Assembly (NCBI GenBank): GCA_046261715.1
Contig: JBHEOF010000003.1
Span: forward strand, 17,298 to 80,878
Source of the DNA: Bacteroidales bacterium
GTDB taxonomy: Bacteria > Bacteroidota > Bacteroidia > Bacteroidales > UBA7960
Reading direction: 5' to 3'
Length of the DNA stretch: 63,581 bases
Numbering within the stretch: the first letter of the stretch is position 1; each line of letters begins with the position of its first letter. The notes under the pieces were generated by a model. The model was not told the origin of the DNA and searched no databases. It worked only from the letters and a program-made list of their open reading frames with translations. Position numbers and translations under genes: made by a program. Positions 57,491 through 63,581 of the stretch are shown one piece after another.

Positions 57491-59356
57491 ATGATGACAG
57501 GAAAAACCGGAATTAAAAGTAAGATATTGCTGCTGGCGATAATATTGTTGATATCGGTGCAGGGGATTGCACAGGATATTCCCGAAAAGGTGGAGCCACC
57601 ATTCTGGTGGGCCGATATGTACCATAATGAACTTCAGATTATGGTGCATGGCGAAGAAATTGGACTTACCCGTGTGTTAATTGATCATCCGGGGGTAAAA
57701 CTGAAGCAGGCGATAGCTGTCGACAGCCCCAATTACCTGTTTCTTTATCTGGACATTACCGATGCTCAGCCCGGAAGGTTTGATATCAGTTTTTTGAGTG
57801 GAAGACGTGTTAAGTATATTTACAACTATGAACTTCGTCAGCGGGACGAAAATGCCCGGTACAGACAAGGGTTTAACAACTCCGATGCTATTTACCTTTT
57901 GATGCCCGACCGCTTTGCCAACGGAAATCCTGAGCTGGATAATGTGCCCGGAATGCTTGAAAATGTGGATCGTACCAACCCCGATGCCCGCCAGGGGGGC
58001 GACATACAGGGTATAATCAACCATCTCGATCATATTGCCGGTATGGGCTTTACATCCATTTGGATAAATCCGCTGCTTGAAAATAACCAGCCCCGGTATT
58101 CATACCATGGTTATGCAATTACCGATTTCTACAATATTGATGCCCGCTTTGGGGGAAATGAAGATTATGCCCGCCTTGTCAGGGAAGCTGAAAATAAAGG
58201 TCTGAAGATCATTAAGGATATGATCTTTAATCACTGCGGCCATCACCACTGGTGGATGAAAGATCTGCCTGCGGCAGACTGGCTGAACCAATGGGACGAA
58301 TTTACGCGCACATCTTACCGTATGACAACTATTATGGATCCGTATTTCGCCCAGGCCGATTATGAGCGTATGATGAACGGTTGGTTCGATACCAATATGC
58401 CCGACCTGAACCAACGTAACCCTTTGCTGGCAACCTATCTCATTCAGAACAGTGTATGGTGGATTGAATATGCAGGCATACACGGTATACGCATGGACAC
58501 CCAACCCTATGCCGATAAATACTTTATGGCCGATTGGGGTGCCTATGTATTGGCCGAATATCCCAATTTTAATATTGTGGGCGAAGCATGGAGTGGCCTA
58601 CCTGCACTCACCAGTTATTTTCAGGGTGGAAGAATGCAGCATGACGGATATGATTCTAACATACCAACCGTTTTTGATTTTGCACTCTACGATGCCATTG
58701 GGCTTGCCTTCCAGGAGGAGCAGGGCTGGAGCTCAGGTATGATGCGGTTATACAATACCATTGCACAGGACTTTTTGTATGCTAATCCCTACAACCTGGT
58801 AATTTTTGGCGACAATCATGATACCGACAGGTTTTTTACACGGATTGGTGAAGATATGGATAAACTGAAAATGGCCATTGCATTTCTTTTAACCACACGT
58901 GGAATTCCCCAGTTCTATACCGGTATTGAAATCCTTGAATCGGCGCGTGAGTATGAAGGGCACGGAAAACTCAGGGCCACTTTCCCCGGTGGCTGGCCCG
59001 ATGACTCTGTAAATGCTTTTACACGAGAAGGGCGCACAGCAGAACAAAATGAAATTGTGGATTACCTTACCAAACTTCTTAATTATCGTAAAGACAAAGA
59101 AATTTTCCATTACGGATGGCTCAGGCATTTTGTACCTGAAGACAATGTGTATGTATATTTCCGCTACAATGAAGAAGAAACAATTATGGTAGTTCTCAAT
59201 AACAATAACCGTGAAATGGATCTCAATACCCGTCGTTTTGAGGAAGCTACCAATGGGTTCAACATGGCGCGCAATATAATAAGTGATCAGGTTTTTCGGG
59301 GTTTCAGCACCTGGAAGATACCCGCCAATTCGGCGTTGATACTGGAGCTGGAATAA
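57491..59356 (+). CDS. GH13 alpha-amylase-family enzyme (cyclomaltodextrinase/neopullulanase-like), secreted
   Basis: 621 aa with a signal peptide. The GH13 conserved regions are DMIFNHCG, GIRMDT, VGEAW and FGDNHD. It also has an N-terminal cyclomaltodextrinase-type domain. Confidence 0.88.
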   Translation: MMTGKTGIKSKILLLAIILLISVQGIAQDIPEKVEPPFWWADMYHNELQIMVHGEEIGLTRVLIDHPGVKLKQAIAVDSPNYLFLYLDITDAQPGRFDISFLSGRRVKYIYNYELRQRDENARYRQGFNNSDAIYLLMPDRFANGNPELDNVPGMLENVDRTNPDARQGGDIQGIINHLDHIAGMGFTSIWINPLLENNQPRYSYHGYAITDFYNIDARFGGNEDYARLVREAENKGLKIIKDMIFNHCGHHHWWMKDLPAADWLNQWDEFTRTSYRMTTIMDPYFAQADYERMMNGWFDTNMPDLNQRNPLLATYLIQNSVWWIEYAGIHGIRMDTQPYADKYFMADWGAYVLAEYPNFNIVGEAWSGLPALTSYFQGGRMQHDGYDSNIPTVFDFALYDAIGLAFQEEQGWSSGMMRLYNTIAQDFLYANPYNLVIFGDNHDTDRFFTRIGEDMDKLKMAIAFLLTTRGIPQFYTGIEILESAREYEGHGKLRATFPGGWPDDSVNAFTREGRTAEQNEIVDYLTKLLNYRKDKEIFHYGWLRHFVPEDNVYVYFRYNEEETIMVVLNNNNREMDLNTRRFEEATNGFNMARNIISDQVFRGFSTWKIPANSALILELE

Positions 59357-59380
59357 TATTTTTTATTCACAATATACACA

Positions 59381-59416
59381 AAAGGGTTGGCCGGAATTTT
59401 ACCGGGCAACCCTTTT
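59381..59416 (+). terminator. Rho-independent terminator after the GH13 gene
   Basis: AAAGGGTTGGCCGG-AATTTTA-CCGGGCAACCCTTT is followed by T. Confidence 0.6.
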
Positions 59417-59486
59417 CCAATTGCTTTCCCCAAATAATATGAATAACTTTGTTTAACATGTATTTTTTATCTTAAAACTTTGCGAA

Positions 59487-61694
59487 ATGAATAAAACACT
59501 ACGCTTTTTAATAATTATGCTTGCCATCATGCTTATTGCTCCTGTTGCAAAGGCGCAATATACAACACCCGGCAACAACCTGAGCCTGACTCTCGATGAC
59601 CTGGTTACCCTGTCGGGAGGCGTGGTTACTACCTCTGATGGTGACTATTTTGTGAATAACACCTTGATCATTTCTGCAACCGATACGCTGAAAATTTTAC
59701 AGCCGGAAATCATCCGTGTGGCTGCTACCATAAGGATTGAGGTATCCGGAAAGTTTATTTCTGATCCAGCCGATGGCCAGGTGGTTCTTACAGCACAGGA
59801 TACTACGGCTACTGCAAATAACTTCCGGGGCTTTCGTTTTGAGGATGCTGATACTGCTGTATTCCGTAATACAGTTGTAAAATACGGTGGCGGAATTCAG
59901 CTCATTGGCACCGAAGCTTTGTTTGAATACTGTGTGATACGAAACAATGGTTCATCCAATGTGTCAGGTGCCGTAAATTACAGTGGTTGCAGTCCGGTGA
60001 TCAGGTATTGCGAGTTCCGCGAAAATGCCCGTGCTGCCATAGCATCAGGTGCAAATGTAACCGGATCTCCACAAATCATGCATAATACTTTTATCCACAA
60101 TACTATGGACAATACCAACCGCCCGCAGATCAATATCGGCCCGGGTATGTCCGACACCATTTACATTGCAGGCAATTACATTGAGGGCTTAAATGATAAT
60201 GCCGGAGGAATTGGTCTCAGCAATCTTTTAGGCGGTGCAAACACCCTTGCCTTGATTGCCGAAAATACCATTATCAATAACCGCTATGGATATGCTCAAA
60301 CGGGTAATAATATCAGTTCCCTGATCCGTGATAATCTCATTATGGATAATGATATCCAGGGTAGCCCCATGTTGGGCGGCAGTGGTTTAAATTTTTTGGG
60401 AAATACCAATAACTTCTCAGTAGTAAGAAACAACCTGATATCAGGTAATTTGTGGGGTGTTACCATACAAAATTCAGCTCAACCGGAGTTTGGTACTGCC
60501 GATGACCCTGGTGGTAATGTTTTGTATAACAACGGAAATACCGGCCAGACATATGCTTTATATAACAACACAGCCAATCCTGTTAGTGCTATTGGTAATT
60601 ACTGGGGTGACAATGATGCTGAAACTGCAGAGTCCTATATTTTTCACCAGCCCGATGATGGAAGCCTCGGACTGGTTACCTATGAACCCATAATGCTTCT
60701 GCATCCCGAAATCCTTTCATTTAAATTTACCCAGGCTTTAAACCCCGGTCTGGATGACGATTATGAAGGTGTTTTTGATGAGGAGAACCAGCAAATTTAT
60801 TTTCTCTTTCCTGAAGAAACAGATGTAACCGCATTGGTACCATCCATTGAATTGCCCCTGGGTGTTGCAGTTGATCCTGCCGGAAGTGTACAGCAGGATT
60901 TTACCGAACCGGTTGAGTATACCGTTAGCGTGCCTCATGGCGATGAGCAGATATGGACTGTTGTTGTGGAAGTGGAAACTCCTGATATTTACACAGTAAT
61001 TTTTGTTGTTACCGATGAAGATGAGAATGAACTTACCGATGCTGTGATTACTTTTGACGGAGTTACCAATGATGCCGGTGATTATGTGTTTGAGAGTGTT
61101 ACGCCGGGCACATACGATTATACGGTTACTTTATTTGGTTATCAAACTGCAGAAGGCAGCATAGAAGTTACAGATCAGAATGTAACAGAAACAGTTATCC
61201 TGGAGCAGATCACCTATACCCTTACTTTTATCATCCAGGATGAGGAAGAGCAGTTGATTGAAGATGCAGTAATCGTTTTTGAAGGGGAAGAATTTGAACC
61301 GGGGCATTACGTGTTTGAAGATCTTGTGCCGGGTGTATATAATTATGTAATTTATGCCGGGTCATACAATGATTTTGATGGTTCCATTGAAATTACCGAT
61401 GCTGATGTTGAACTGTATGTTATGCTGGAGCCTGAATTATCAGTGCAGAATATTGCTTTAACTGAAATTCAAATATACCCAAACCCCGCATCAAATCATT
61501 TCATGGCTGATTTTACCGGTTCAGAATCTGTACTGCTGACAATTACCGATCTCACCGGCCGGATCATGCTTCAACGAAGCCTGGAAACAGGAACCACACG
61601 TATTGAAACCACACAATTGCCTTCAGGTATTTTTATTGTAAGTTTCAGAAATGCAAATCAAACTGTTGTAAGGAAATTGAATATTAGCAGGTAA
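59487..61694 (+). CDS. T9SS-secreted right-handed beta-helix (pectate-lyase-fold) protein with carboxypeptidase-regulatory-like repeats
   Basis: 735 aa with a signal peptide. It has parallel beta-helix repeat patterns (NNTLIIS..., IRNNGSSN, IHNTMDN, IINNRYG, IMDNDIQG, ISGNLWG) and three ~75-aa repeats (YTVIFVVTDEDENELTDAVITFDG...). The T9SS CTD is IQIYPNPASNHF...GIFIVSFRNANQTVVRKLNISR. Confidence 0.7.
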   Translation: MNKTLRFLIIMLAIMLIAPVAKAQYTTPGNNLSLTLDDLVTLSGGVVTTSDGDYFVNNTLIISATDTLKILQPEIIRVAATIRIEVSGKFISDPADGQVVLTAQDTTATANNFRGFRFEDADTAVFRNTVVKYGGGIQLIGTEALFEYCVIRNNGSSNVSGAVNYSGCSPVIRYCEFRENARAAIASGANVTGSPQIMHNTFIHNTMDNTNRPQINIGPGMSDTIYIAGNYIEGLNDNAGGIGLSNLLGGANTLALIAENTIINNRYGYAQTGNNISSLIRDNLIMDNDIQGSPMLGGSGLNFLGNTNNFSVVRNNLISGNLWGVTIQNSAQPEFGTADDPGGNVLYNNGNTGQTYALYNNTANPVSAIGNYWGDNDAETAESYIFHQPDDGSLGLVTYEPIMLLHPEILSFKFTQALNPGLDDDYEGVFDEENQQIYFLFPEETDVTALVPSIELPLGVAVDPAGSVQQDFTEPVEYTVSVPHGDEQIWTVVVEVETPDIYTVIFVVTDEDENELTDAVITFDGVTNDAGDYVFESVTPGTYDYTVTLFGYQTAEGSIEVTDQNVTETVILEQITYTLTFIIQDEEEQLIEDAVIVFEGEEFEPGHYVFEDLVPGVYNYVIYAGSYNDFDGSIEITDADVELYVMLEPELSVQNIALTEIQIYPNPASNHFMADFTGSESVLLTITDLTGRIMLQRSLETGTTRIETTQLPSGIFIVSFRNANQTVVRKLNISR

Positions 61695-61715
61695 ATATAT
61701 AACAAAACCTATTTT

Positions 61716-61749
61716 AATCCCCCGGAGAATTGGGTTTTTCCGGGGGATT
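61716..61749 (+). terminator. Rho-independent terminator
   Basis: AATCCCCCGGA-N12-TCCGGGGGATT forms an 11-bp stem and is followed by T-rich sequence. Confidence 0.65.
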
Positions 61750-61848
61750 TATTACAGGTTAAATTTGGGTTTATTACATAATAATCTTAAATCCTGCTCC
61801 CTTTACAAGCATATAATTGATAAAAAGTTATATTACAGGATTATTGAT

Positions 61849-61856
61849 TAATTTTG
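61849..61856 (+). promoter_or_regulatory. Candidate -7 promoter box (TAnnTTTG)
   Basis: TAATTTTG lies 58 nt upstream of the GTG at 61914. Confidence 0.35.
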
Positions 61857-61913
61857 CAAGGGGTTAAGGTTATCCAATTGGATAGTTGGGAGCACCTAAA
61901 ATTGAATACTCAA

Positions 61914-63581
61914 GTGAAATTATCCACATCCGTTTTTATTATTCACGTTATCATTACGGCATCTTTGTCCTTTCTGCCGGTGGTTTCGTATACCCAAACT
62001 CTTTCCATTAACGAATTCATGGCTTCTAATGGTTCAACTATCGCCGATGAAAATGGTGATTTTGAAGACTGGATAGAACTCCATAATTATGGCGATGAGT
62101 CTATTCATCTTGAAGGCTGGTTTCTATCCGATGATTTGTCAGATCCCTACAAATGGCTGTTCCCTGATACTGTTATTCACCCTGCTGAATTTCTTTTGGT
62201 ATGGGCTTCAGGTAAAGACCGTATTGAGAATACTTTGCATACCAATTTTAGTATAGATGCTTCCGGAGAAGAACTGCTGCTTGTGCACCCCTTGGGTAAC
62301 TGGGTTGATGTTGTAAATCCAATCGCTGTGCCTAGAGATATATCCTATGGTCGCAAGCCTGATGGTGCGGGAGGCTGGTTTTATTTTGATGAGCCTACAC
62401 CACAATTACCCAATGTTACAGAAGGGTTTTATGGTATTCTTCCACCCCCGGAATTTTCTCATCCCGGAGGTTTTTATGATGAAGAGTTTTTGCTTGAGAT
62501 AATGCATTCTGATAGTGAAGCTGTTATTTATTATACGCTTGATGGTTCGGAGCCTGATGCGGGAAATACTGCCGGTACGACATATGTTTTTAAAAATCAA
62601 TATCCTGAAAATCCCGGAGATACTCCCGGAGAATTTCTCACAGCAAGTTTTACATCCCACATTTTTGAACAATCATTAAGTATAAAAAACAGAAGTCCTG
62701 AAGCTGATAGTCTTACGCAAATATCTTCAACATGGCATTTCAATCCCGGTTATTTCCCCGAACAACCTGTTACAAAGGGAACTGTTGTTAGAGCAAGAGC
62801 AGTTAAAGATGGTTTTTTGGCAAGCCCTGTGATTACCCATACTTTTTTTGTTAAAAATCCGGGAAAAAATTATTACTCATTGCCGGTTTTGTCTTTAAGT
62901 ACAAATGAAGCTAATTTATTTGATTACGAACAAGGAGTATATGTGGCAGGCGTTGATTTTGACACATGGAGATTAAATAATCCTGATACGGAACCCAATT
63001 GGAATATAGGTGCAAATTTTAACCGGTCCGGGGTAGACTGGGAATTTACATGTCATATAGAATTTTTTGAAAACAATGGAAGCTTAGGATTCAACCAGGA
63101 TATTGGATTTAGAATACATGGAGGGTCATCAAGAACTTTACCTGCCAAATCTTTCCGATTATATGCGCGTAATAGATACGGGAATGAATTGATCAATTAT
63201 CCGGTTTTTAAAGAAGAAAAATTAGATTCTTTTAAACGATTGATATTACGAAATTCTGGTCAGGATTGGCAAAGTGCATTATTCCGTGATCCAGCAATAC
63301 AGCATATCGTAAAACATTTAAAATTTGATACACAGGCTCATCGCCCACTAATTCTTTTTATTAATGGCGAGTACTGGGGCATTTTTAATTTTCGGGAAAG
63401 ATATGACAAGCACTATCTTGCCAGGGTTCACGATGTTGACGAAAATAACCTGGATATAGTTACCAATTATTACACTGCTGATGAAGGAGATATGGAAAAT
63501 ATCAATGCATTGTTTGATTATTTTGATGAACACGATTTTTCATTGAATGAAAACTATGCCTTTGCTAAATCACATATAGAT
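61914..63581 (+). CDS. CotH-kinase-family protein with an N-terminal lamin-tail domain (partial; runs off the window)
   Basis: This ORF is absent from the ORF track, which lists no ORF for this frame; it has no stop codon in the window. My own translation from the GTG at 61914 gives VKLSTSVFIIHVIITASLSFLPVVSYTQTLSINEFMASNGSTIADENGDFEDWIELHNYGDESIHLEGWFLSDD... (LTD). Further on it gives ...LRNSGQDWQSALFRDPAIQHIV...LILFINGEYWGIFNFRERYDKHYL (CotH hallmarks). The frame is open to 63581. The start codon is uncertain. Confidence 0.75.
   Translation, partial: MKLSTSVFIIHVIITASLSFLPVVSYTQTLSINEFMASNGSTIADENGDFEDWIELHNYGDESIHLEGWFLSDDLSDPYKWLFPDTVIHPAEFLLVWASGKDRIENTLHTNFSIDASGEELLLVHPLGNWVDVVNPIAVPRDISYGRKPDGAGGWFYFDEPTPQLPNVTEGFYGILPPPEFSHPGGFYDEEFLLEIMHSDSEAVIYYTLDGSEPDAGNTAGTTYVFKNQYPENPGDTPGEFLTASFTSHIFEQSLSIKNRSPEADSLTQISSTWHFNPGYFPEQPVTKGTVVRARAVKDGFLASPVITHTFFVKNPGKNYYSLPVLSLSTNEANLFDYEQGVYVAGVDFDTWRLNNPDTEPNWNIGANFNRSGVDWEFTCHIEFFENNGSLGFNQDIGFRIHGGSSRTLPAKSFRLYARNRYGNELINYPVFKEEKLDSFKRLILRNSGQDWQSALFRDPAIQHIVKHLKFDTQAHRPLILFINGEYWGIFNFRERYDKHYLARVHDVDENNLDIVTNYYTADEGDMENINALFDYFDEHDFSLNENYAFAKSHID

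Overview
This 63.6-kb window looks like chromosomal DNA from a Bacteroidota genome. The evidence is six proteins ending in T9SS type-A C-terminal sorting domains, TAnnTTTG -7 promoter boxes and lipoprotein/OMP-rich content. All calls come from reading the sequence and ORF track and from motif recognition; no homology search was run.

Most of the window is housekeeping: lipA/lipB, helD-like helicase, mazG, pdxJ, prs, rplY (L25/Ctc), pth, a NUDIX hydrolase, tRNA-Leu(CAA), a NatAB-like ABC exporter, a MacAB-like HlyD/ABC/FtsX block, an orphan PAS/GAF histidine kinase, S9 and S2P peptidases, and starch/maltodextrin genes (SLC45-like MFS, malQ, PfkB-like kinase, GH13).

Two riboswitches are readable directly:
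- A cobalamin riboswitch (about 3310-3495, minus strand) lies ahead of an uncharacterised T9SS-tailed protein and a BtuB-like TonB-dependent receptor.
- A fluoride riboswitch (about 37759-37816, minus strand) lies ahead of crcB and a DUF190 gene.

The best candidate for an undescribed system is a five-gene envelope cluster at 29.2-36.3 kb. It holds three Omp28-like CxxC paralogs (two T9SS cargo proteins and one lipoprotein), a TlpA-like thioredoxin and an outer-membrane beta-barrel. It looks like a cell-surface thiol-redox module.

Secondary leads are the B12-regulated T9SS protein, a fused VTE5-like/DUF92 (VTE6-like) isoprenoid-kinase candidate next to a UbiA prenyltransferase, a structured element after tRNA-Leu, and hairpin repeats at the left window edge.

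I found no cas genes, integrases, transposases, prophage genes or recognisable defence or toxin-antitoxin modules.
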